This document shows positions 43,701 through 52,018 of a DNA stretch of 64,000 nucleotides, one piece after another (the stretch's first letter is position 1; the number at the start of each line of letters is the position of its first letter). Location: positions 576,001 through 640,000 of the forward strand of contig CBDESU010000001.1 of the NCBI GenBank assembly GCA_965242695.1. The letters are read 5' to 3'. The position numbers and the translations under genes were made by a program. The stretch comes from Cenarchaeum sp. (GTDB lineage Archaea > Thermoproteota > Nitrososphaeria > Nitrososphaerales > Nitrosopumilaceae). The notes under the pieces are model-generated. The model was not told the origin of the DNA. It saw nothing but the letters and a program-made list of their open reading frames with translations, and did not search any database.

Positions 43701-46700
43701 GGCCTGAGGAACTGCCCGTCGCCCGATCCGGCGGTGCCCCTAGCGAACAGCAGGTTGCCCTCCGAGTCGAGCACCTGCACGCGGCCGTACTCTGCCTCGG
43801 CGACCAGGATCCTGCCGCCGCCGTGCGGATCGACGGCCACGTCCATGAGCCTGTCCCAGTAGTCGCCGAACCTGGCCGGCTGCGCCAGGACGAACGCGTG
43901 GTCGCCCGACGGGTCGAAGACCTGCACCCTGTGGTTGCCCGTGTCGGCTACCATGATGCGGCCCGTAGACGGGTCGACTGCCAGGCCGCCTGGCCCCATC
44001 GGCTGCCAGGCCGCCGGCCCGCCCCCGCCGCCGAGCGGCCTTGGCACGCGGCTGCCGTCGACGACGTGGACTATGGGGCTGGACCTGTCCGTAATGTACG
44101 CGCGGCCGTCGGGCGCGACCGCCGCGCCGCGCGGGGCGGGAAGGCCTGCCGCGCGCGTGTCGGTGGCGGTGGCCATGCCGTCGGCCGGATTGTAGTCTAT
44201 GATGCGGCCGTTGCCCGTGTCCGCTATGCGGATGCGGCCGTCGGCGCCGGCGGCCACCCCGGCCGGCCCGCTAAGATCCCTGCCGGCAGCCGCAGAGATC
44301 GTCTGGTTGTGCGTGAGGTCGGCGTTGAGTATGACGACCCTGTCGTTTCCGGTGTCGGCCACTATGATGCGCCCGCCGAGGCGGGGCTCGACGGCGACCG
44401 ACTCGGGCGAGTCGAGCGCGCCGGCGCCGGGCACGGATGCGACGGTGGCAAGGTGGCCGCCGAGCCTGTTGTACGCCATGACGCGGCCGTTGCCGGTGTC
44501 TGCGACTATGATGCGGCCGTCCTGCCCCGCGGCGGCCCCCATGGGCGAGCGCATGTGGAGCATTCCAGACCCCTCGCTGCCGAACGTCAGCCTGTGGCGC
44601 GTCGCCGAGTCGAACACCTGCACCCTGTGGTTGCCGGTGTCTGCAACTATGATGCGCCCGCCGGCGGGGTCGACGTCGACGTCGGCCGGCGCGCGGAACG
44701 AGACGTCGTCGACCCCGGCCGAGGCGAGCTCGATCGCGGTGCGCAGGCTCGCGGATGCGACGCGCACGACGGACTCTGACCTGTCCACGACCAGGATGTC
44801 GCCGCCGTGGGATACGGCCACGCCGGCGAGCCCCTCCCCCTGCGTCCCCGCCGCGGCCCCGCCCATGCCGAGCTCGATGCGGGCGCGGGCGTTTCCGGAC
44901 ATGCCGTCGATCAGCGCAAGCACCTTTGCCTCGCCGGCGTCGGATACCAGGATCTGGCCGTAGCGGTCGACGGCCACGCCGGTCGGCGACTGCATCCTGC
45001 CGCCGTCCGGATCGAGCGTGCGCACGAGCCGCCCGTCCTCGGAGAACACCTTGACCGTGCGGTTCTTGGGGTCTGCCACTATGATCTCGCCGCTGCGCCC
45101 GTCGACGGCGACCCCCGCCGCGCTAGACAGATCGCCGTCTCCGAACGATGCGACGTGCACGCCCGACATGTCGAGCAGTACGACCCTGCCGGCCCTGCCG
45201 CCGTCGGGCGCGGCCACGTTGTCGGCCACTGCGATCCTGCCCCTCCCGCCAGAGTCTGCGTACGCCGCCACGCCGGCGGGATCCTCAAAGGCCGTCCCGC
45301 CCCCGCCGCCGTACGAGGTGACCTTGGTCGGATCCCCGCCTTCGGCGCCGAATATCACCACGCCGGGGCCGAGCTGGGCATCCCCGCCGCCGGAATCCCC
45401 GGCGTCGGCCACTATGATCTCGCCGCCGGGGCCGGACGCCGCCCCTCGCGGGGCGACCAGGCTCTCGTACACCAGGGCGGCTCCGGCCGGGTGGTACCCC
45501 CTTTCGGCGGCCAGCCGGTTCACCTTGGCCCCGCCCTCGGCGCTCGGCACGACGACGTTGCCGAGCGCATCGACGGCGACCCCGTACAGGCCGCCCTGCA
45601 GCGACTCGTCGCCGCCGTCGGCGTCCGAGCCGATCTGGTGCCGCTCGATGAGGGATGCGCCGAGCACGTGCACGCGGTTGCCCTTCCAGTCCGATGCCAG
45701 GACGCGGCCGTGCGGGTCGGCGGCAAGGTGGGGCCAGACGCTCCGCCCGAAGGGGTTGAACGGGCCGGCGATCAGGCCGCCGTCGGGGCCGTATATCGCG
45801 ACGCTTCCGGGGAATCCGCCGAGTATGATCCTACCGTACGCATCGACGTCGACCGTCGGACTGGACAGGGAATGGGGCGCTGCGATCGACTCGAGCCCTG
45901 TGGGACGCCCGTCCTGCCCGTAGAACGACACGCGCCCCGCCCACGCGTCAAAGACGACCACTCCGCCGTCCTGGTCAAAGGCCACGTCGAGGTGGGGCGC
46001 GAATCCCTCGATGGACGCCCTGCGGGATCCGTCGGGCCCGAACACGTGGACCGAGCCGCTGGTAGAGTCGGACACCGTCGGGTTGCCGGCGGCGTCGGCG
46101 ACCACTATGTTGCCGGCGGCATCGGCGTCGATGCCCGTGATCAGCCCAAACTGCGAGGTGCCGTTCTCGGCCCTGCCAAACTCGAATGCAAACGCAAGGT
46201 CCCTGTTGAACACCTGGATGCGGCCGTTTCCCGTGTCAGCCACTATGATGCGGCCCCTGCCGTCCGAGGCGGCGTCGTACGGGTCGATGAACTGGCCTGC
46301 CTCCTCGCCCCTCTCGCCTATTGTGCGCAGGTGCACGCCGCCGCCGTCCATGACGACGATCCTGTCGTTGCCCGTGTCGGCCACTATGATGCGGCCGTCC
46401 GGATCCGAGGCGATCCCGAGCGGCCCGTCAAAGCGGCCAAACTCGCCGCCGCTGTACCCGAACCCGCCTATCTGGACTGCCTCGAGCGTCTGGCCGGACC
46501 CCGACTGTGCGTGCGCCTCCGGCAGCGCCTCCCATCCGCCGAGGGCGGATGCGGCCAGCCCTTCAAGCAGCGAGTGGGCCGCGGCGGCGCCCCCGGGCAG
46601 CCAGTCCTCGCCGCCCCCGTCGCCGTACCGCGTCGTCCCGAGCGCCTCGACATCGTGCCACCGCAGGGGCGAGTATCCCTCGGGCGCGGCGGTGTGGTGG

Positions 46701-46864
46701 GGCCCCGCCCATCCGATTCCCCCGTACTGGGATGCCGCGCCGGCCGCGTACGGCAGGAGCAGCACAAAGCAGCACAGGACGGCGATGTCCCAGCAGCCGC
46801 CGCCGGGCCGGCGCGGCGCCGATCCCTTGGCATGCATCCCGCCGCCGCCCAGAGCCATGGCCAC
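37799..46864 (-). CDS. Giant NHL-repeat (multi beta-propeller) cell-surface protein with repetitive stalk and C-terminal TM anchor, 3021 aa
   Basis: 13 exact ADTGN motifs plus many variants. Signal-like N-terminus and LPEAHAQ. DAPGVSDSA repeats, poly-Gly, TM helix followed by RRRGR. TTTATAA about 30 nt upstream. Confidence 0.92.
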   Translation of the reverse strand: MAMALGGGGMHAKGSAPRRPGGGCWDIAVLCCFVLLLPYAAGAASQYGGIGWAGPHHTAAPEGYSPLRWHDVEALGTTRYGDGGGEDWLPGGAAAAHSLLEGLAASALGGWEALPEAHAQSGSGQTLEAVQIGGFGYSGGEFGRFDGPLGIASDPDGRIIVADTGNDRIVVMDGGGVHLRTIGERGEEAGQFIDPYDAASDGRGRIIVADTGNGRIQVFNRDLAFAFEFGRAENGTSQFGLITGIDADAAGNIVVADAAGNPTVSDSTSGSVHVFGPDGSRRASIEGFAPHLDVAFDQDGGVVVFDAWAGRVSFYGQDGRPTGLESIAAPHSLSSPTVDVDAYGRIILGGFPGSVAIYGPDGGLIAGPFNPFGRSVWPHLAADPHGRVLASDWKGNRVHVLGASLIERHQIGSDADGGDESLQGGLYGVAVDALGNVVVPSAEGGAKVNRLAAERGYHPAGAALVYESLVAPRGAASGPGGEIIVADAGDSGGGDAQLGPGVVIFGAEGGDPTKVTSYGGGGGTAFEDPAGVAAYADSGGRGRIAVADNVAAPDGGRAGRVVLLDMSGVHVASFGDGDLSSAAGVAVDGRSGEIIVADPKNRTVKVFSEDGRLVRTLDPDGGRMQSPTGVAVDRYGQILVSDAGEAKVLALIDGMSGNARARIELGMGGAAAGTQGEGLAGVAVSHGGDILVVDRSESVVRVASASLRTAIELASAGVDDVSFRAPADVDVDPAGGRIIVADTGNHRVQVFDSATRHRLTFGSEGSGMLHMRSPMGAAAGQDGRIIVADTGNGRVMAYNRLGGHLATVASVPGAGALDSPESVAVEPRLGGRIIVADTGNDRVVILNADLTHNQTISAAAGRDLSGPAGVAAGADGRIRIADTGNGRIIDYNPADGMATATDTRAAGLPAPRGAAVAPDGRAYITDRSSPIVHVVDGSRVPRPLGGGGGPAAWQPMGPGGLAVDPSTGRIMVADTGNHRVQVFDPSGDHAFVLAQPARFGDYWDRLMDVAVDPHGGGRILVAEAEYGRVQVLDSEGNLLFARGTAGSGDGQFLRPSGIASVPNGTSPSLIAVADTGNGRVQVLDHMGNHVCTAGEEAERLSCGRLVYSRGSYACHAGSSEMRRPVAVDSLPDGRLLVADAHDPVINNVARIRVYNGTDCSVIDPPGMPGGKVHLGAFRTHGVTSAIVDVAAGAGGSAILVAQSQRVDVFDAADYSHIRTISTLATGESAHLRPPFMRDVAMDEDGRLFVADALNNRIEAFSDNGTAYVHAGTIGRHGTADGELFRASGIDYDDGWIVAGDTLGPRVQGFSTMRAAVASDIPVGGPLGGGGARGQPGGVATDAAGRVFITDRANDRVQVYDPVTGNSSTIGGPGSADGMFDEPLGIAVDSRGRIIVADYNNHRVQVFSPSGAHAMTITHGDVRYPDDVAVDSLDRIIVASSGGRTVHRFTPDGAHDGSIGALGTPLAVAADDADRIVSLNVQTLGSQFIRYLVTVYNGTSGEAAEFMGRHVGRFLFELPIGIDIDSHSRILIADSARNAIRMHRADGTLLQEFGSRGSGHAQFDRPVDVHVGRDGRIYVADHGNARVHILGSDGEHATTITMSDADGGRFAMPLGIAADQTHGRLAVADTGNHRVQVFSTNGTHEDTFGARGTANTNFALDEGIAFDAAGNMYIADTGNHRVKVFNPRGAHLQTIGGPGPGMGGGMFRSPGAVDVGPNGSIAVADTGNDRVQVFAPAASAGDPRGVAVNGPGVRYAEVPHPNYTLAGSLRSASGSALDGPAGAAIDGMGRILVADTGNNRTLVFNADLTHNMTVGASAGLASPAGIEAGPSDRIIVADTGNGRVVVFDSAGGMLGSFGPGGGGAAGAAGGNGTGGTMDPLVAPHDAASYGSGRLAVMDSGANMVMLYSIRFGASPRADAPAVNDSAVALFGHARAARDAPGVADSIRGDYTALAHDAPAVLDGGTAPASYIGVARPDAPGVSDHAVPAVHRMARDAPDVADSVSNNYSMLAHDAPAVRDGGTAPASYIADVRPDAPAVGDRAVPAVHAMAYDAPGVSDSHHPAYSMLAHDAPVPADSYSASAVIAADGGSPQIADGAVARAGYIEAAQDAPGVADGAVPAVHRMARDAPAVGDGAAAVATAVSAPGDAPSVSDSHSASRGIRAADRISAADMALIGASISAGDAPAVSDRAVPAVHAMAYDEPGVSDGASAVAMAILAVGDEPGVSDGASAVAMAILAVGDEPGVSDGASARGSLLAVPQPGDAPSVSDGASAVAMAVSAVGDAPGVSDSADAGHSRAVAAADAPGVAESITTVDGGGMTHVMGPRTVHDPTPDAPAVADSATAHGMFGKSVGDAPGVADSATAHGMFGKSVGDAPGVLDSASSEASRVSRPGDAPGVSDSAEVSGMFGKSVVDAPGVSDSAEVSGMFGKSVVDAPGVSDSAEVSGMFGKSVVDAPGVSDSAEVSGMFGKSVVDAPGVSDSAEVSGMFGTAVGDAPGVSDSAISGGSHVVRIGDAPGHASSAVAEMQIGAPTVAPGDPGDQDDPGDQDDPGAPARGGDANGTEAADAPALSDSAWASASHIRGAGDAPSAVDAASAVPGIGDGRPGGPSQDAAAPGMHMEDARDAPDAADAASYVHGSPEPPPQSDPPQSDPPQSDPPQSDPPQSDPPPIVVAPATPAPPAAPAPAPAAPAPFMGGGGGGGGGGGGGGGGGGPRGADGAGAPAANQGGGSRLPSIAGVAWDFCGGGSDLRIVVDDGRSTTYVAVGQDEGGGVPSGASLAPPTVASFAVPDGAPGDGYSTTWHARVDIGAGRDLHIEARMSHGVPPPAYLNSLPLGECEVNSSSGSLCYTVADEEDVRIDSCSGARSFGNDASPGQGGQQEPHPEDSAHGGEVAVSAPAEPGPAAGGAAAAASVPAEAEAEAEPTMIQFGGGEEEPILGDSLGMPAVGGRDRGGHTPARDAAEDAPPAEPAPAPEGSGQLQAAAYMAAAAAVAAILAAAAFALRRRGRSRGRPAAPAVPQGWH
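38865..38939. repeat. 15-bp tandem repeat x5 (QSDPP)
   Basis: GGCGGATCCGACTGC x5. Confidence 0.9.
39361..41130. repeat. ~60-bp coding repeats of the stalk; four perfect copies at 39421-39660
   Basis: Identical consecutive 60-nt blocks encoding VSGMFGKSVVDAPGVSDSAE, with degenerate copies on both sides. Confidence 0.9.
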
Positions 46865-47220
46865 CTGTCTCTTGGAGCCGGCCGCTCCTTATAAAAATTG
46901 CCCCAAGTTGCTGGCTTGCGCGATCGCGGGCTGGGGCATGCGGGACGGCCGCGGCCGTGCATGGGCCTTGCAGTAAATGCGCCGCATCCGGGCATTCTGC
47001 CCCTTTTCAGGCGCATCTTGGCCGGCCGGCGAGAGCCTGCGGCCTGCAATTGCAAAGGATTTTCGATGCGGCTGCGGACGGCGGCGCGACGGTCCGCCGC
47101 CCGTACCCGGGCCCCGCGGCCTGCGCGATCGGCAGATCTGGGGATAAGGGGATGGGGTAGATCGGGCCGGCGGGCCGGGCGGGGCCTGGCGGGCGGCGGC
47201 GGCCTGCGCGCCGATCCCTG

Positions 47221-47970
47221 CTATGGCATCTTTGCCAGCATGCGGTTCTGGGTATCCAAGAGGCTGCCGAGCGTGTCGCCGATCTTGATCAGCGCCTCGC
47301 CAGTTTGGTTCTGGGCCTCTAGCATCTTGTCCTGCTTCTCGAGCATCCGCCCGATGTCGCCCCTCAGGCCCCCTATGGCCTCGCGCGTCCTGTCCCCGTC
47401 CTCGCGGATGGCGTTCCCTATGGCCTCGCGCGTCCTGTCCCCGTCCTCGCGGATGGCGTTCCCTATGGCCTCGCGCGTCCTGTCCCCGTCCTCGCGGATG
47501 GCGTTCCCTATGGCCTCGCGCGTCCTGTCCCCGTCCTCGCTGATGGCCTCGCGCGTCCTGTCCCCGTCCTCGCGGATGGTGTCCCTGATGCCCTGCGCGA
47601 TATCCTGCGTCGTAAGGGACATGACGATGCCCACGATCCCTATCAATATAAATGCTAGCCCCTCGCCGATCAGCATGTATCCTAGGCCCACGTCGACGGG
47701 GTACCAGAGCGCCACCAGGACGCCGGCGACAAGCGTGCCGATGCCCGTCATGGCTATGGATATGTGCAGTAGGTTTTGGCGGCGCACGACGGCCTGCCAC
47801 GTGCTCCTAGACGGCGCTCCGGCCGGGCGCCCAGCCTCGCCCCCGGCCGGGCGCCCAGCCTCGCCCCCGGCCGGGCGCCCAGCCTCGCCCCCGGCCGGGC
47901 GCCCAGCCTCGCCCCCGGCCGGGCGCCCAGCACTACTACCCTTCACGAAATTACCGTATTCTAGTTCCAT
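47221..47970 (-). CDS. Two-TM membrane protein with repetitive coiled-coil tail
   Basis: AGRPAGGE x4 (24-bp repeats), two TM helices, then IREDGDRTREAIGNA repeats (45 bp). Confidence 0.7.
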   Translation of the reverse strand: MELEYGNFVKGSSAGRPAGGEAGRPAGGEAGRPAGGEAGRPAGGEAGRPAGAPSRSTWQAVVRRQNLLHISIAMTGIGTLVAGVLVALWYPVDVGLGYMLIGEGLAFILIGIVGIVMSLTTQDIAQGIRDTIREDGDRTREAISEDGDRTREAIGNAIREDGDRTREAIGNAIREDGDRTREAIGNAIREDGDRTREAIGGLRGDIGRMLEKQDKMLEAQNQTGEALIKIGDTLGSLLDTQNRMLAKMP

Positions 47971-48166
47971 ACGACTATTTGCTACGCCGCAGCCCCTGCG
48001 CGTGCAGGGCCGGGCGGCCCCGTGGCCGGCATCGGGCCGCCTGTTCCCTGTGCGCCGCCGACTGCCGCCCTGCGCGGCGCGCGGATCGCGAGGGACGGGT
48101 GGGGGGGGGGGGTGGGGGCGGAGGGCGCCCGCAACCGTTATTTTTGCGCCCCTGCGCGGCCCGCAT

Positions 48167-48364
48167 ATGGTAATGCCGCTTGTCGACGAGGACGATCCAA
48201 AGTGCTACGTGTGCCACCGCCGGTTCAAGACGCTCGACGAGCTGCGCGAGCACCAGAGCGGCGAGCGCGCCGCCGCCGAGGCGGCGGACGACGGCGAGGG
48301 CGCGGCGCCCCCTCCACCGCCGACCGAGCGCGGGCCTGCCCCGGGCGACGTCTCGATGTTCTGA
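48167..48364 (+). CDS. Small C2H2-like zinc-finger protein
   Basis: PKCYVCHRRFKTLDELREHQ; conserved-looking tail RGPAPGDVSMF. Confidence 0.7.
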   Translation: MVMPLVDEDDPKCYVCHRRFKTLDELREHQSGERAAAEAADDGEGAAPPPPPTERGPAPGDVSMF

Positions 48365-48369
48365 GCGCG

Positions 48370-48603
48370 CTACGACGAGTCGCGGTCGCGCGGGTCGGCC
48401 CGCAACGACCGCAGGTAGCACTCGTTGGCCTCGTCGTGCCTGCCGAGGCTGCGCAGGGCCGCCCCCTTGCCGTTGAGCAGGTCGGGATCGTCGGGGCTGT
48501 CCTTCAGGGCGCGCTCGTACAGGGCCAGGGCATCGTCGAACCCGCCCTCGATCAAGAGGCGCCGGCCCTCCCGAAGCGCATCCTCCTTGGCATCGCCTGC
48601 CAT
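48370..48603 (-). CDS. Small TPR protein
   Basis: DDALALYERAL...PDLLNGKGAALRSLGRHDEANECY. TTTAAA box about 25 nt upstream. Confidence 0.8.
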   Translation of the reverse strand: MAGDAKEDALREGRRLLIEGGFDDALALYERALKDSPDDPDLLNGKGAALRSLGRHDEANECYLRSLRADPRDRDSS

Positions 48604-48678
48604 GCCGCCCCCTCTCGGGATCCTCCCTTTAAACCCGCCCCTGCGCGCCTTTAATACTCCCCGCGCCGGCCGCCGGGC

Positions 48679-49260
48679 GTGGCGCGGGCGGGGGGATCGG
48701 GGACGTGGGGGCGCAGCGCCCGCAGCCGGAGCGGCGCGGCGCGCGGGCGGGACTCTTCCGCCGCCGGGCCGGCCGCCTCCAGGCCCGAGCCGGCCGCCGC
48801 ATCCGGCGGCCGCGCACAGCCGCTTGACGACCTGGACGGAAGGATCGTCCGCCGGCTGCTCGTCGACGGCAGGTCGTCTGCGCGCAGGATGGCCCTCGAG
48901 ATGGGGCGGGCCACCGTGACGATCGCATCCAGGATGCGCCGGCTCGAGCGGGACGGGGTCGTACTCGGCTACTCGGCTCGCGTCGACTCGGCGAGGCTCG
49001 GCTACGACCTGACCGCAATCATAGAGGTGGTCGCCAGGAAGGACATGCTCGTCGAGGTCGAGCGGGCCATATCCGAGATGCCCGACGTGTGCGCCGTGTA
49101 CGACGTTACGGGCGGAACGGACATTATGGTCATTGCAAAGTTCCGCTCGCGCGCCGACCTGAGCGGGTTCGTAAAGGGGCTCGCGTCCGTGCCCCACGTG
49201 GAGAGCACGAACACCCGCGTCGCGCTCGGGACGGTCAAGGAGGACTTTCGGGTCGCCTAG
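48679..49260 (+). CDS. Lrp/AsnC-family transcriptional regulator
   Basis: LDDLDGRIVRRLLVDGRSSARRMA HTH and VYDVTGGTDIMVIAKF RAM domain. Confidence 0.92.
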   Translation: MARAGGSGTWGRSARSRSGAARGRDSSAAGPAASRPEPAAASGGRAQPLDDLDGRIVRRLLVDGRSSARRMALEMGRATVTIASRMRRLERDGVVLGYSARVDSARLGYDLTAIIEVVARKDMLVEVERAISEMPDVCAVYDVTGGTDIMVIAKFRSRADLSGFVKGLASVPHVESTNTRVALGTVKEDFRVA

Positions 49261-49267
49261 GAGGCTG

Positions 49268-49966
49268 GTGGGGGTGCGGGCTCGCGGGGGGCGGCCGGCG
49301 CGCGCCGGATCGGCCCGCCGCCCGGCGGCGCGGGCATGCCGCCTGGCGCTCCTCGCACTCTTGGCGGCTCCCGCGCTGGCCGCGCCCTGCTTTGGCCAGG
49401 CCCCGCCGCCGCATGCGCGGGGCGGGGATGCGGATGCGGGCCCGTCCGCGTCCGACCTGGCCCTCCTCTTTGCCGTCTCGATCGCCGTCGTGGCGGGGAT
49501 CGCGCTGTACATATCGCGCGAGGCCATTGCGCGGAAAAAGACCGCGTACGACAGGGGGGCGTACGAGTCGCAGAGGGACCGCGACTACGAAAAGTACCAC
49601 TCGGGGTGGGGCGACGAGTCGGCCGCCGGCGGCGGGGCCGGCGACCTTGGCGGTGGCGACGGCGATGCGGATGCAGACGGCGAGTTTGCGCCTGGCGGCG
49701 GCGCCGGCGCGGCGGGGCGGGCCGCCGACTATTACGCAGTGCTCGGTCTGGAAAGGGATGCCGCGCCGGGCGAGGTGAAGCGCAGGTACCGCGAGCTTGC
49801 AAAGGAGGCGCACCCGGACAGGGCGGGAGGCGGTGAGGGCGGCGAGGAAGGCGGAGATGCCGGCCGGAGGATGGCGCTGATCAACGAGGCGTACGATATC
49901 CTTTCCGATCCGGGCCGCCGCAAGAGGTACGACCTCTGGCTTGGGCGGCGCGGCGGCCGGCCCTGA
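49268..49966 (+). CDS. Membrane-anchored J-domain (DnaJ-like) protein
   Basis: TM helix, DYYAVLGL, KRRYRELAKEAHPD, INEAYDILSDP.RRKRYD. Confidence 0.88.
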   Translation: MGVRARGGRPARAGSARRPAARACRLALLALLAAPALAAPCFGQAPPPHARGGDADAGPSASDLALLFAVSIAVVAGIALYISREAIARKKTAYDRGAYESQRDRDYEKYHSGWGDESAAGGGAGDLGGGDGDADADGEFAPGGGAGAAGRAADYYAVLGLERDAAPGEVKRRYRELAKEAHPDRAGGGEGGEEGGDAGRRMALINEAYDILSDPGRRKRYDLWLGRRGGRP

Positions 49967-50053
49967 TCGGGCACGCCGGTTCGCGAGCCGGCTCTTGGCG
50001 CGCGGCCGGCGCGGGCGGGGCGCAGCTAGCCGCAGCTATCCGCCGCCATCCGC

Positions 50054-50479
50054 CTACTCGGTTCCAGTGACGGTCAGGACGAGCTCGGTCGCGCCGCCGC
50101 TCTGGACGGCGCCGGTCAGGTTCGCGTGCAGGACGATCGGGGGGACGGCGGCCGGCCCGTCTGGTCCGCCAGGCGCGGCAGGCCTGAGCGAGACGACGAC
50201 ATCGGCAAACTCGGTGTTGGGGCCGAGCATTGCGCGCGGCACGAGGGCGGGAACGGACGGGTCGGACGTGCGCACGCGGGCCTGGAATATCTCTGCATCC
50301 TCAAAGTAGGCGCCGCCCCGGCGCGTCCTCCTTGCCACAGGGGTCGAGACGCGGCGTATGGTAATTCCGCCGTCGCCGGCCGCCGCGCCTTCGGCGATGC
50401 GGACGGCGGCCGACATGCAGCGGGGGTTGGCGGCCAGCGCGGCGGCGGCCCTGTCGAGCACGCCTGCGTCGATCTCCAC
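50054..50479 (-). CDS. Hypothetical protein
   Basis: GTG start about 25 nt from GTAAATA; plausible globular sequence. Confidence 0.55.
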   Translation of the reverse strand: MEIDAGVLDRAAAALAANPRCMSAAVRIAEGAAAGDGGITIRRVSTPVARRTRRGGAYFEDAEIFQARVRTSDPSVPALVPRAMLGPNTEFADVVVSLRPAAPGGPDGPAAVPPIVLHANLTGAVQSGGATELVLTVTGTE

Positions 50480-50795
50480 GCCTGCGCCGCGCCCACGGGC
50501 CGTATTTACGTTCGGCTGAGGGGCGGGGCGGGGGGGGGGGGGGGGCGGGGCGGGGCGGCGGGATCGGACTCGCCGCGCGGCGGGCGGGCCGAGCCGGCCG
50601 CCGTGCGCGGATGCCGCGCCGCGCATCGGGGGCACGAGCACGCCTGCCCTGTCGCTGCACCTTGCCGCGCCCATAGGTTGTTGTGGTGCGGGAAAGGGCA
50701 GGTAAGGCACGATGTAGGAGTGGAAGATAAGTGTGGCCGCCCGGCGCGGGCGGCCTATCTTGATGGCTTTAATAGCCCCCCTCACGCCTTCTGCC

Positions 50796-51935
50796 ATGGC
50801 GCAGATCGGAATCGAAATGCCGGCGCGGCACGCGGAGCGCGCCGTTGCTTCACTGTCGCCGCAGCGCGCAGCCGATCTTGTCCTAGAGTACGACGATGCC
50901 GACGACGGCGGGTCGACTCCGCTTGCCTACGACATATTTGTCATCCCTGCAGACTATACGCTCGAAACTCTCTATGCGCGGTGGCGCAACCGCGACATCG
51001 TCATGCCAAATTCTGGGCGCGGGTACACTTGGGGGCTGCCGCAGGCCTCGAAGCTGATCGAGTCGTTCATGGTGGGCCTCCCAGTCCCTCCCGTCTACCT
51101 GTCGACGACCGACGAGCGAAAATCGTTCGTCATAGACGGCATGCAGCGTCTCTTGACGATCTTTTCGTACTTTGACGGGGTCTTTCCCGAGAACACGCCG
51201 CACGCAGGCCGGGAGTTTCGCATAGCTGGCATCAACGAGGACAACGCGCTGCACGGCAAGACTTTTGACGAACTCGACGAGGATGACCGCAAGAGGCTCA
51301 TGGACTCGTCCCTCAGGGCAATGACCGTCGTCCACAACGACCCTGCAGATCGCTCGGGGATGTACGAAATCTTCGAGCGGCTCGGCGCGGAGGCCGTGCC
51401 GCCCGCACCGCAAGAGGTCCGCAGCTGCGCGTACCGCGGGCCGCTCTCAGAGATGATCGGCGATCTCAACGACCTGGAGGCGTGGCGGGACGTGCTGGGA
51501 CGGCCCGACCCTGATCCGCGAATGAAGGACAGGGAGCTTGTGCTGCGCTACATGGCCCTTTTCCACGACGGCGACAGATACGCGCACCCGATGAAGCGCT
51601 TTCTGTCCAACTTCATGGGGGCGCACATGGACCCGGGCGACGAGTACCTAGAGGCGGAGCGGCGGCGCTTTGTGGCTACCTGCCGCGCAGTGGTGGAAAA
51701 GCTCGGGCCGGCGCCGTTCAACAACCGGCACGGACAGCTCCAGGTGCCGCTGTTTGACTCGGTCTTCGTGGCGTTTGCGGAGAACGGGCCGGCCGCCTGC
51801 CCGGGCGACATGCGCGAGCGCTTTGAGGCACTGCGCGCCGACCCTGAGTTTGGACGGCGCGCGGGGGATCTGAGCGGTACTACCGGCGCCGTTCTGGGTC
51901 GGCTGCGGATGGCGCGCAGGATGCTGTTTGGATGA
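50796..51935 (+). CDS. DUF262 (ParB/Srx-fold, GmrS-like) domain protein
   Basis: W...QASKLIESFMVGLPVPPVYL, VIDGMQRLLT, YEIFERL. TATA CTTTAATA at 50767. Confidence 0.88.
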   Translation: MAQIGIEMPARHAERAVASLSPQRAADLVLEYDDADDGGSTPLAYDIFVIPADYTLETLYARWRNRDIVMPNSGRGYTWGLPQASKLIESFMVGLPVPPVYLSTTDERKSFVIDGMQRLLTIFSYFDGVFPENTPHAGREFRIAGINEDNALHGKTFDELDEDDRKRLMDSSLRAMTVVHNDPADRSGMYEIFERLGAEAVPPAPQEVRSCAYRGPLSEMIGDLNDLEAWRDVLGRPDPDPRMKDRELVLRYMALFHDGDRYAHPMKRFLSNFMGAHMDPGDEYLEAERRRFVATCRAVVEKLGPAPFNNRHGQLQVPLFDSVFVAFAENGPAACPGDMRERFEALRADPEFGRRAGDLSGTTGAVLGRLRMARRMLFG

Positions 51936-52018
51936 CCGGCTCAGACTTGCGGCGTTCAAAGGGCGTTAAGGGCGTAGGGAGTCGTTGGTTGTGACCGCGT
52001 GGCGGAATGCATGCCCGC

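Noticed and set aside
48604-49527. 385-aa minus-strand ORF
   Set aside because: Only the last 77 codons form a TPR gene; the rest is antisense to the Lrp and J-domain genes.
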